Source: an uncultured Gammaproteobacteria bacterium
GTDB taxonomy: Bacteria > Pseudomonadota > Gammaproteobacteria > Arenicellales > UBA868
Direction of reading: 5' to 3'
Length of the DNA: 64,000 bases
NCBI GenBank assembly: GCA_905612355.1
Contig: CAJQRU010000111.1
Span: forward strand, 1,690-65,689
Position 1 is the stretch's first letter. The number at the start of each line of letters is the position of its first letter. Below are positions 41,481-50,043 of this stretch, in pieces. Below the pieces are notes generated by a model that did no database searches, was not told the DNA's origin, and was given only the letters and a program-made list of their open reading frames with translations. Made by a program: the position numbers and the translations under genes.

Positions 41481-41520
41481 ACATTTAACTGCATTTAACT
41501 GCATTTAACTGCATTTAACG
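41481..41520. repeat. 10-bp tandem repeat (G/A)CATTTAAC(T/G) x4
   Basis: Reads ACATTTAACT GCATTTAACT GCATTTAACT GCATTTAACG. It sits ~95 bp from the tRNA-like element. Confidence 0.9.
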
Positions 41521-41615
41521 GCACAGCAATATAAACTTTACAATCAGTGTCAAGGGAATATACCTTCCGCAGCATAGGTAAGTTGTTGTTTTCCCTAACA
41601 CTCTTTTTTACAAAT

Positions 41616-41690
41616 TGGCTCCCCGGGCAAGACTCGAACTTGCGACATATGGATTAACAGTCCACAGTTCTACTAGTTCCAACCGGAGAA
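41616..41690 (-). tRNA. tRNA-Asn(GTT)-like sequence with aberrant D-arm (possible pseudo-tRNA or att-site relic)
   Basis: The reverse complement is TCTCCGG TT GGAACTAGTAGAAC T GTGGA CTGTTAA TCCAT ATGTC GCAAG TTCGAGT CTTGC CCGGGGA G CCA. Acceptor, anticodon (GTT) and T arms pair and resemble E. coli tRNA-Asn. No canonical D stem can be drawn. Confidence 0.45.
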
Positions 41691-41833
41691 AGTCTAGCAA
41701 TAGCAACATATCTTTGCGCTCAGGCTCCACGCATATTCTCTGATATGGGAGATAGTGGGACATAACAGGACTCAAGATAGGCACGTAGATAGGCACGTTT
41801 GGCGGCAATCGGTAGTTGTGTGGCTACTGTAGG
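41616..41833. repeat. tRNA-like + ~140-bp flank repeat block, copy 1
   Basis: Aligns with 47140-47345 at roughly 85% identity, ending in GGCGGCAAT..GTAG..GTG.CTACTGTAGG. Its last ~30 bp also occur at 32142-32172. Confidence 0.85.
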
Positions 41834-42561
41834 GACGGGGTGGTGGTGGAACACGTATCACATACGAGTCATTACAATCTTAGCCTTCATAGCATCCAAT
41901 AACAGACAAGCTTAAAATTGGGCGGCAGGCCTCGAATATACCGGTAGGTTTTGAATATATTGAAGATGAAGATCAAGTTGAAACTCTACTTGCTCATACC
42001 GATGGCAATCCTGTGGTCTGCCTACAATCCGGCATTCTCATCGGAGTCTACATTGACTGTCTGGAAATCAGCTACTTGTGGTTGTTGCCAAAAATGGGTC
42101 GAATATATGAAAGACAATGGATTTAAAGTGATAAGCAACAATGTTGAAAATGTTTTGCTCATAAAGGCAAAACTCGGCATTACGAACCCTGCACTTCACT
42201 CGTGTCACACGGCAGAAGTAGATGGCTACCTGATCGAAGGTCATGTACCAGTTTCTGATGTTCGACGATTATTAGCGGAACGCCCGAACGTTGTCGGGTT
42301 AACTGCGCCAGGCATGCCACAAATGTCGCCTGGTATGGGTAGCGTTAAACCACGAGGTTACGATGTCTTGCAATTCAATTCGAGCCAACGGTCTAGCGTC
42401 TTCTCTAGCTATTAGATACGACACTCAACCTAAACAAAAGATCTACGATTCAACAATAACAATGCCTTTCATACTGGCCTCGTGGTGACCCGCTACTAGA
42501 CCGGCAAATCAATTCACTCACTACTCACGAGTCCAACGGTATTTCTAATAAGTTGCGTCGA
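41801..42561 (+). repeat. direct repeat copy 2 (~0.76 kb, carries DUF411 gene)
   Basis: See 32142-32903. Confidence 0.9.
41966..42415 (+). CDS. DUF411/CopG-like periplasmic metal-binding protein, copy 2
   Basis: Identical to the protein encoded at 32307-32756. Confidence 0.8.
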   Translation: MKIKLKLYLLIPMAILWSAYNPAFSSESTLTVWKSATCGCCQKWVEYMKDNGFKVISNNVENVLLIKAKLGITNPALHSCHTAEVDGYLIEGHVPVSDVRRLLAERPNVVGLTAPGMPQMSPGMGSVKPRGYDVLQFNSSQRSSVFSSY

Positions 42562-42564
42562 TGG

Positions 42565-43620
42565 TTACAACTGGCTGCGGGCGAGCTTCGCGCCCTCCAC
42601 CATCACTTTGAGCTTTCGTCGTGCAATATCGATGTCAAGCGGCACTAAACCGCAGTCCGGTGCAGCCTGGATCTGATCGGCCGGCAGATATTCGGCCGCC
42701 ATCAGCAGCCGGGCGGCTATCTGTTCAGGGCGTTCAACCCGGTCAAACCCCAGCGCACCATTATCGACACAACCAAATAACACCGTTTTGCTGGGGCACA
42801 GCGCGAGCAATTCGGGATTGAGGCCGGATGCTTCAAACTCGAGCGCCAACTGGTCTACCTTTGAGTGTTCCAGTTCTGTGAGTATGGCGGGATAGGCATC
42901 AACGATCGGCCGTGGCACACCCGGCATCGGGTAACTGTAGCAAACATGGACACAGGTTTTGGCGCGGATTCCTTCGATACACCGATCCAGAGCTTCTATA
43001 CCCCATTCGGCAACTTTGTCCGGGTAACGGCTGAATACCGGCTCATCGAACTGAATGACGGCCGGGCCCAGCGCATCCAGAGCGCGGGCCTCGTCGTTCA
43101 ACGCCCGGGCAACTGCCATGGCCAATGCCCGCTCATCCCCATAGTGCTCGTCAAGCGTAGAATCGACCACAGTCATCGGACCGGGCAGCGTCACTTTCAG
43201 CGGGCGACTGCTGTGCGCCATAGCAAAATGAAGATCGTCGACCACGATCGGTGCATCACGGGATACCTCCCCCGTACAGCGGCCGACCTCGGCCAGGCGC
43301 CGATTGTCTCTCACCCACTTCTTGGCTGGCGTGGCATAGTCAAAACCACCCAGCCGCGCCACAATGTGCGCCAAATAAGAGGTGCGGCGTTGTTCACCAT
43401 CGCTGATCACGTCTATATCGGCTTCGGTCTGATCGTGTATCGCGACTCGAACAGCATCGTCCTGCGCGTGTTTGAGCAGTGCTCCCTCAAAAAGCCATGC
43501 GGCCCCTTTACCATGGACCTGTTTGCCACTGGTATTTAGGGGCAGTTTCTCCTGCAGCCAAGGGGGCTTGGGTAGACTCCCAACAACAGTGGTTAGAAAC
43601 GGTCGGTTCGGCACTTCCAT
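42565..43620 (-). CDS. cobalamin-independent methionine synthase (MetE C-terminal domain)-like protein
   Basis: Contains FLTTVVGSLPKP, DVISDGEQRR, and CVHVCYS (zinc-ligand region). Start chosen at MEVPNRPF. Confidence 0.75.
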   Translation of the reverse strand: MEVPNRPFLTTVVGSLPKPPWLQEKLPLNTSGKQVHGKGAAWLFEGALLKHAQDDAVRVAIHDQTEADIDVISDGEQRRTSYLAHIVARLGGFDYATPAKKWVRDNRRLAEVGRCTGEVSRDAPIVVDDLHFAMAHSSRPLKVTLPGPMTVVDSTLDEHYGDERALAMAVARALNDEARALDALGPAVIQFDEPVFSRYPDKVAEWGIEALDRCIEGIRAKTCVHVCYSYPMPGVPRPIVDAYPAILTELEHSKVDQLALEFEASGLNPELLALCPSKTVLFGCVDNGALGFDRVERPEQIAARLLMAAEYLPADQIQAAPDCGLVPLDIDIARRKLKVMVEGAKLARSQL

Positions 43621-43771
43621 GGCTGTTCTCTCCCAGCGTAGCAATGCGCACGCAGGCTGGATCTGGTGTTCTCAACTATATTCTGGCTAACACAGGCTAC
43701 AGGCTGATCGAAGTATCTCGAGCCAGTGTAACCATAACTCATACAGATTCGTTCACCAATAAGCACGCATT

Positions 43772-44686
43772 CTATAGATCATTACAACACCCAGACTGAC
43801 TCGCCCCCAATTCTCTAGACACTTGCCACCGTTTTTGGTACTGCGTTTCATACTCTACCGGCGAGAGCTGGTTATTGAAACCATGTCGCCGTCGAGTGTT
43901 GTAAAACATCTCAATGTAATCGAATACATCACTGCGTGCTCCTTCCCGCGTTGCGTAGACATGACGTCGAACGCGCTCGCGCTTAAGTAGTTGGAAAAAG
44001 CTCTCAGCAACTGCGTTATCGTGACAGTTCCCCCGCCTGCTCATGCTTCCCTTTAGGCTATGCTCCCGCAGGAAGTTTTGCCAGTCGTAACTGGTGTACT
44101 GGCTACCTTGATCTGAGTGCACTGTGACTGTGCTCAGAGGATTGCGGCGCCATACAGCCATTAACAGTCCATCCAGTGCAAGCTCTTTCGTTATTCGTGA
44201 TTGCATCGACCAGCCAATGACACGCCGCGAGAACAAATCAAGCACCACTGCCAGGTAAAGCCAACCTTCGTGGGTGCGGATATACGTGATATCAGTGACC
44301 CACGCTTGATCTGGTGTTTTCGTACTGAACTGCCGCTGCAACAGATTTGGAACAACGACATGTGCAGGCCCGCTTCGGTGGCGAGGCCGCCGATAACCTA
44401 TCTGCGCCCGCAGTCCTGCGGCTTGCATCAAACGATACACTCTGTTCTTGCCGCAATGTTCACCATATTCACGCAGGTCGCTGAATATCTTCCGATATCC
44501 ATATACTCCACCGCTTTCCAGCCAGAATTGCTTAATCAGTCCGGTGAGCCGTTCATTGGCAATAGCCCGTTTAGAACGCGGCTTGTTCAACCATGCGTAA
44601 TAACCGCTGGGATGAACATCAAACAGCTTACACAGAGCCCGTACTGGCCATTGTGCACTCTCGGCCCTGATAAAGCCGTACCTCAC
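43772..44686 (-). CDS. IS3-family transposase OrfB (DDE integrase core)
   Basis: 304 aa with WVTDITYI (D), HSDQGSQYTS (D) and NAVAESFF (E). Confidence 0.92.
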   Translation of the reverse strand: MRYGFIRAESAQWPVRALCKLFDVHPSGYYAWLNKPRSKRAIANERLTGLIKQFWLESGGVYGYRKIFSDLREYGEHCGKNRVYRLMQAAGLRAQIGYRRPRHRSGPAHVVVPNLLQRQFSTKTPDQAWVTDITYIRTHEGWLYLAVVLDLFSRRVIGWSMQSRITKELALDGLLMAVWRRNPLSTVTVHSDQGSQYTSYDWQNFLREHSLKGSMSRRGNCHDNAVAESFFQLLKRERVRRHVYATREGARSDVFDYIEMFYNTRRRHGFNNQLSPVEYETQYQKRWQVSRELGASQSGCCNDL

Positions 44687-44982
44687 TCGGCCTGATTGGC
44701 GAAGTACACCGCGGCTTTTTTTAGGAGATCACGCTCCTGCCTGGTGCGCTTGAGTTCTTTCTTCAAGCGTCGTATCTCGGCCTGCTCTTCCGACATCGCG
44801 TTGTGTTCCGCGGAATCAGGCCCGAACTTCTTGATCCAGGCATACAAACTATGGGTTGTCATACCGAGCCTGTCGGCCACATCGGCCACACTGTGGCCGC
44901 AATCTACTACCTGTTTAACTGCTTCAACCTTGAACTCATCTGGGTATCGATTTTTGCTCATAATCACCTCTGTCATAGTCAT
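44683..44982 (-). CDS. IS3-family transposase OrfA (HTH)
   Basis: 99 aa with YPDEFKVEAVKQV and a leucine-zipper-like segment LKKELKRTRQERDLLKKAAVYFA. Confidence 0.92.
   Translation of the reverse strand: MTMTEVIMSKNRYPDEFKVEAVKQVVDCGHSVADVADRLGMTTHSLYAWIKKFGPDSAEHNAMSEEQAEIRRLKKELKRTRQERDLLKKAAVYFANQAE
44716..44722 (-). promoter_or_regulatory. candidate programmed -1 ribosomal frameshift site (A7)
   Basis: The minus strand reads CTA AAA AAA GCC near the end of orfA. orfB is open in the -1 frame across this point. Confidence 0.65.
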
Positions 44983-45254
44983 GTTGTATGACTGAAAGAT
45001 GCCTAGTAAACTGGGGACGATTCAGAATGAGCTATCAAAACCATATCTGGATGCGCTAGTACTAAGGCTAGCAAGGGTGCTAGCGTTGCGCGGGATAGCT
45101 GGAAGTTACAGAAACGTGCTGGGGTTGGGAAAACTAAGAAAATTTGGCACAGCCTGGGCTCTTACTTCTAGCACTGCCATTGACGCCCTGAGTGGCCAGC
45201 ATCGTTCGAGATCGGTCTTTTCGGCCTTAAAACATATTTGATGAGAAGATCATA

Positions 45255-47126
45255 ATGAGCGTTGTGAGTGGAATTCTTCATGCGTCTCGGACGCCGCTTC
45301 TATTGACAGCATTATTCCTGGCTGTCTCGACTGCAAGTGCTGGAAGTCTCAATGTTTACGATTACCATAAACGAGTCTCACCGGGCAAAGAAAGGCTTAT
45401 CGTGCCCGTCTATAGAGGTGTTCCGGCAAAGACGCGAAGGTTAATGAAGCGGGCAATCACGCAGTCATACAAAGAACTTGGAAAACGCCCCATTGCAAAT
45501 ACCTATGCACTTTATTGGCATACGAAGAAATCCAACCTTAGGAAGGTCGCTAAGACCTGGTGCGCCGTTGCGGGTCGAAAAGGAAGCGACCTAAAGCGTT
45601 GTTTGACCCAAGGTGGCGGCTGGGATCAAGGTTTTAAAAACTCCAACATTGGGAGCGCCGTATTCGAAACTGCTACCCGCAAAGGTTTAATGGAAGCGAC
45701 CCAAGGCAATTGGAGTGACGCAAGCAGCAATTTTCATGCAAAAACTGCAGCTCACGAATACTTCCACGTTTACCAGACCATGATGCAGTACTATTTTGAG
45801 AAAGAAGATCGGATTGGAATCCCACAAAAGAGGACCAGAAAAGATATACATGGTGGCCCAGTCTGGATGATTGAAGGTGGCGCCGATTATTTTTCCTACA
45901 ATATTATGGGAAAGTACAAGTGGCGTGATTACGAAGAGTGGATGGAGGAGGTTCTGGGTGAAGCAAAAGAAGAAATCACTCGTGGTAGAAAGAAGGGGAT
46001 CAAAGTCATTCTTAAAAACTACGCTACCGATTCACAGTTAGACAAGATGAAAGCCAAGGGGTTCTATGCGCACTTTCAATATGACGGTGGCGCGTGGGCA
46101 AACGCTTACCTTCGTTATCTTACAGGCACGAACAAAGGAGTTTTCACCAATTACTATAAAGATATAGCTGAGCTTGAGCGCACCTGGCGAAAAAAAGGAA
46201 AGATGGATTATGGTTGGCAGAAGTCTTTTAAGAAAAACTTCGGCATGACGGTGAATCAATTCTACGTGCGATTTAACAAATTTATGAAATGGCCAACATC
46301 AAAGCAGATGAAAATACTCAAGGTCATCTCTAAATCCAAGTACAAGTCTGCGTCAACCAAGTATGCCAAGACGGCCTATAAATTAAGCACTCCCTTTGGA
46401 CCGAGTTTAGCGCTGGCGGCTTCTGAGAATCTGTTTATGGTTGGGGAGGATTTTGATCGTAAGGTTATGACGACAGGGGCATCGTTTTCGTTTGACGAGT
46501 ACTCGTATATAGAGATAGCGCCTTCCCCACAAAAGAGTTTTCGGCTAGGGTTTAAATCAGGGCAGGATGAACTGCCTCAGATGGGCGGTAACTTCGCTTT
46601 GGGTTACCAACTGGGGGGTATCCACTATCGCCTTGCTGCCGACAACACCTTTCTAGGCTCTAAGGGCAGTGGGTGGTTGGGCTATGAAGACGCAAGAAGC
46701 GCCTATGTCAATGTTGGAAAGCGTTATTCGTTGGGAAAAAAATGGAATATCGCTGGTGGTGTGACCTATGGCTGGTCACAGGCCAATCCTGAAAAGGAAG
46801 GTGTATTGCAAGACTTTTCAAAGGTGCATGCCCTTGGCTTCAATGCATCTGCTGGTTATCAATTGAACACCAATAACGCACTCGGCTTTCGCCTGAATTC
46901 TCCGCTCAAGGTCGAAAAGGGGTCATTGGTTATCAATTCGCCCTATGATAGTGAGAAGGTTAATCTGGCCCCTGTGGGGCGGGAGTTGAACCTCGTACTG
47001 CACCACACCCATCAATTTAAAAATGCCGCTACCCTGACAACTTCACTCCAATATACCCACGATAATGGACATACAAGAGATCAAAATTCTTCTCGAATTA
47101 TGGCGCAATATTCAATCAACTTTTGA
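45255..47126 (+). CDS. secreted HExxH (gluzincin-like) putative metallopeptidase with C-terminal outer-membrane beta-barrel (autotransporter-like)
   Basis: 623 aa with signal peptide LLLTALFLAVSTASA, AAHEYFHVYQ followed 36 residues later by WMIEGGADYF. The last ~250 aa show an alternating beta-strand pattern and end ...RIMAQYSINF. The gene is Lys-rich and visibly AT-richer than its surroundings. Confidence 0.6.
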   Translation: MSVVSGILHASRTPLLLTALFLAVSTASAGSLNVYDYHKRVSPGKERLIVPVYRGVPAKTRRLMKRAITQSYKELGKRPIANTYALYWHTKKSNLRKVAKTWCAVAGRKGSDLKRCLTQGGGWDQGFKNSNIGSAVFETATRKGLMEATQGNWSDASSNFHAKTAAHEYFHVYQTMMQYYFEKEDRIGIPQKRTRKDIHGGPVWMIEGGADYFSYNIMGKYKWRDYEEWMEEVLGEAKEEITRGRKKGIKVILKNYATDSQLDKMKAKGFYAHFQYDGGAWANAYLRYLTGTNKGVFTNYYKDIAELERTWRKKGKMDYGWQKSFKKNFGMTVNQFYVRFNKFMKWPTSKQMKILKVISKSKYKSASTKYAKTAYKLSTPFGPSLALAASENLFMVGEDFDRKVMTTGASFSFDEYSYIEIAPSPQKSFRLGFKSGQDELPQMGGNFALGYQLGGIHYRLAADNTFLGSKGSGWLGYEDARSAYVNVGKRYSLGKKWNIAGGVTYGWSQANPEKEGVLQDFSKVHALGFNASAGYQLNTNNALGFRLNSPLKVEKGSLVINSPYDSEKVNLAPVGRELNLVLHHTHQFKNAATLTTSLQYTHDNGHTRDQNSSRIMAQYSINF

Positions 47127-47139
47127 CCCCTATAAAAAC

Positions 47140-47214
47140 TGGCTCCCCGGGCTGGACTCGAACCAGCGACATATGGATTAACAGTCCACCGTTCCTACTA
47201 GTTCGAACTGGAGA
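47140..47214 (-). tRNA. tRNA-Asn(GTT)-like sequence, acceptor and D-arm imperfect (pseudo-tRNA or att relic)
   Basis: The reverse complement is TCTCCAG TT CGAACTAGTAGGAAC G GTGGA CTGTTAA TCCAT ATGTC GCTGG TTCGAGT CCAGC CCGGGGA G CCA. The anticodon and T arms are intact. The acceptor stem has an A-C mismatch and the D-arm is non-canonical. Confidence 0.4.
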
Positions 47215-47345
47215 AAGTCTAGCAATTACAACACATCCTTGCGCTCAGACTCCACGCATATTCTCCAATTTGGGACATAACAGGACATGAGTGGACAGAA
47301 GATAGGTACGTTAGGCGGCAATCCGTAGTAGGTGACTACTGTAGG
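47140..47345. repeat. tRNA-like + flank repeat block, copy 2
   Basis: See 41616-41833. Confidence 0.85.
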
Positions 47346-47516
47346 TGACATGTATGGCCGTCCGGGAGGTCGCGATATGCCCTGCCGCACTGTCACTCGG
47401 AAAACTGGGGCATATCCCGTTAATTGTTAACCGGCTAATATAAGATTAATGTGATTATTCATTAATTTTCTATTTGACTGATTACCTGCGGCCTTCTGTG
47501 GTGGCGCCATCGGATA

Positions 47517-49937
47517 ATGAACAGCTTATTAAAAAAACAGATTCGCAAATTCTTGGACGCTCATGGACCGTTGCCACCTGAAATGAAGCCCCTCGTCGCC
47601 GAGATTGACGCGACATACCAATCGCACGAAGACGCCTTGGTAGCATTGGCTGGCTTTCAAGAGATCGAAGCGGCATTGGCCGCGGCCAAGCTGGAGGCTG
47701 ATGCAGCCAACGAAGCGAAGAGCGAATTTCTCGCCAACATGAGTCATGAGATTAGAACCCCGATGAATGCGGTGATCGGGCTTGCCGGTCTCGCACTCAA
47801 GACCGATCTAGATGAACAACAGCGTGATTACCTCGAGAAGATCAGCCTGTCCGGCAAGGCACTACTGCAGATCATTAATGACATTCTGGATCACTCTAAG
47901 ATCGAGGCCGGGCGGCTTGAAACCGAGGAAATTGAGTTCGGTATTGAAGAGTTGCTGGTAAACCTCACCAGCATGGTCGCCACACGGGCCCAGGCCAAGC
48001 GATTGGAGTTTCTGTTTTCAATTGCGCCAGACGTGCCGGCGCAGTTGATAGGTGACCCGCTGCGCATTGGCCAGGTATTGACGAACCTGGTGGGTAACGC
48101 AATCAAGTTCACGGAAGCGGGTGAGGTTGTGCTCGCTATTAAGATGGTAGAGCGTAAATCAGACACGGTACAACTCGAGCTCTCGGTGTCCGACAGCGGT
48201 ATTGGCATGACACCTGAAGAGAGCAGTTTTCTATTTCAGGCATTTACCCAAGCCGACAGTTCCATCACGCGGCGTTACGGCGGCACTGGGCTGGGCCTTT
48301 CCATCTCCAAGGACCTGTTGTTACTGCTCAATAGCAACATCGAGGTCGAGAGCGAACGTGGCAAAGGTAGTCGTTTCTTTTTTCAGTTGCATTTGGGTGT
48401 TGCGCCGGAAACGGATGCGATCACGACCCCGCTGTCGCTGGCGGCCTTGGGTGTTCGTCGAGCGATGGTCGTGGATGATAACGGCCCATCGCGTGATTTG
48501 TTGAGTGCGATGCTGCGTGCGATGCAAATCGACGTTGTCAGCGCCGACTCGGGTGAGGCCGCGTTAGCGATGTTGGATACTGCTGGGAATAATGCTGATG
48601 ACACGGTGGACGTTGTCGTAATGGATTGGTTGATGACGGGCATGGACGGCATCGAAACCCTGGAGGCGATACGCCAACAAGGGGCCAGCGGGCAAGCGCC
48701 GACGGTGATCCTCGTGACAGCCTATGGCCTCGAAGAGGTGCGCGCACGATCGAAGCGGGCGGGCGTCAATGGGCTGCTGCAAAAACCAATTACTCCGTTG
48801 GCTTTGTTTAATGCGATTGCGAAGACACGGCCGGAATTTGCTGGCACGATTACTGAAGTGGTAGCGCTATCTGATGCTGAGCGTTATACGCTGACCGGTC
48901 TTCGAGTATTGCTGGTAGATGACAACAGCATCAACCAGCAGGTGGCCGGTGAACTGCTGCGCGGCGCTGGCGTTGAGGTGGATGTGGCGAATAACGGGCT
49001 CCAAGCGGTAGCGGCGGTGTCAAAGAAGCGTTATGCCGCCGTGTTCATGGATCTGCAGATGCCGGAACTCGATGGTTATGGTGCAACGCGCAGAATTCGC
49101 GATGAACTGGTAAGTAAAGTACCGATTATTGCCATGACCGCGCATGCGATGGAGAGTGAGCGGGCGAAGTGCCTCGAGGCTGGCATGAATGAACACATTG
49201 CCAAACCAATTGAGCCCGACCGACTGTTCTCGGTGCTCGAGACACTGGCGGATCGTTCGGCGCCGACGGCCGAGATCGTTCCGAACGATAAGGCGTTACC
49301 GACTGAGACGGCAGTTTTACCGAATGCATTGCCGGGGCTGGATATCGCCGACGGTGTGCGCCGCGTCGGTGGTAACCGGCAGTTGTATCTGACGATCTTG
49401 ACTCAGTTTCTCGATGACTATGCTGATGGCGCTGAGCGGATGGGATTATTTCTTGCCGACGGTCGTAACGAAGACGCGGAACGGCTTGCGCATACGCTAA
49501 AAGGAGTCGGTGGTAGCATCGGCGCGGCGACGCTGCAGGGATGTGCGGCAACCATCGAGAGCGCGCTGCGCTCTGGTACTGCACCTGGGGCGGACGCGGT
49601 GACGGGGTTCGAAAAGGCACTCACGGAAGTACTCGCCGCGGTGGGCGAGCTCACTGCTGTATCCAGTGACGCTAAGCCGACGGAACACGCAGGCACATCA
49701 ATGGATAAGGCGACGGTGATGGCGCACCTTGATGGACTTTCACAAGCCCTGGAGCAGTTCGATCACCGCGCCGTTCAATTGATTCAGACCGTGCGGCCCG
49801 CCCTGGTAGAGGCTGGCCTTGGCGCATTAATCGAGAAGATGGCCAATGAGGTCAGTGATTTCGAGTTTGAAGCGGCCGCGGTCACATTAAATACAGTGAT
49901 TGAAACGCTCGACAACCCCGCACCAGGTAACGATTGA
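47517..49937 (+). CDS. hybrid sensor histidine kinase (HisKA-HATPase-REC-REC-Hpt) without recognisable sensor or TM domain
   Basis: 806 aa. H-box [18 protein letters not shown] boxes [10 protein letters not shown] and [12 protein letters not shown]1 [11 protein letters not shown]...[13 protein letters not shown] and REC2 [11 protein letters not shown]...[12 protein letters not shown]. Hpt motif [13 protein letters not shown]. Confidence 0.9.
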   Translation: MNSLLKKQIRKFLDAHGPLPPEMKPLVAEIDATYQSHEDALVALAGFQEIEAALAAAKLEADAANEAKSEFLANMSHEIRTPMNAVIGLAGLALKTDLDEQQRDYLEKISLSGKALLQIINDILDHSKIEAGRLETEEIEFGIEELLVNLTSMVATRAQAKRLEFLFSIAPDVPAQLIGDPLRIGQVLTNLVGNAIKFTEAGEVVLAIKMVERKSDTVQLELSVSDSGIGMTPEESSFLFQAFTQADSSITRRYGGTGLGLSISKDLLLLLNSNIEVESERGKGSRFFFQLHLGVAPETDAITTPLSLAALGVRRAMVVDDNGPSRDLLSAMLRAMQIDVVSADSGEAALAMLDTAGNNADDTVDVVVMDWLMTGMDGIETLEAIRQQGASGQAPTVILVTAYGLEEVRARSKRAGVNGLLQKPITPLALFNAIAKTRPEFAGTITEVVALSDAERYTLTGLRVLLVDDNSINQQVAGELLRGAGVEVDVANNGLQAVAAVSKKRYAAVFMDLQMPELDGYGATRRIRDELVSKVPIIAMTAHAMESERAKCLEAGMNEHIAKPIEPDRLFSVLETLADRSAPTAEIVPNDKALPTETAVLPNALPGLDIADGVRRVGGNRQLYLTILTQFLDDYADGAERMGLFLADGRNEDAERLAHTLKGVGGSIGAATLQGCAATIESALRSGTAPGADAVTGFEKALTEVLAAVGELTAVSSDAKPTEHAGTSMDKATVMAHLDGLSQALEQFDHRAVQLIQTVRPALVEAGLGALIEKMANEVSDFEFEAAAVTLNTVIETLDNPAPGND

Positions 49938-50043
49938 GAGGCTGCGCTGGCAGGATTTGGCGTTTCCGCCGTAGATGCCATAATGGAACGATTGCTTATA
50001 GCCTTCGTGCATTAGGCACCACGCACCAGGAAAAAGTGAACCT

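Larger units (their letters stand above)
43745..45024 (-). mobile_element. IS3-family insertion sequence (~1.28 kb); ends approximate
   Basis: It has orfA plus orfB in the -1 frame with an A7 slippery run. The upstream end reads TGAATCGTCCCCAG... on the minus strand at 45024. An imperfect inverted match, CAGATTCGTTCACC, lies at ~43745. Confidence 0.8.

Noticed and set aside
41481-41520. Possible CRISPR array
   Set aside because: The units are 10 bp, directly abutting with no spacers, and no cas genes are present. It is a simple tandem repeat.
41608-41808. 66-aa minus-strand ORF
   Set aside because: It is read straight through the tRNA-like sequence and its conserved flank. The homologous block at 47140-47345 has no equivalent ORF.
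42865-43539. 224-aa plus-strand ORF (plus 43472-43799 ORFs) opposite the MetE-like gene
   Set aside because: It is antisense to a gene with family motifs. Its composition is Arg/Gly/His-rich, typical of antisense frames in GC-rich coding DNA.
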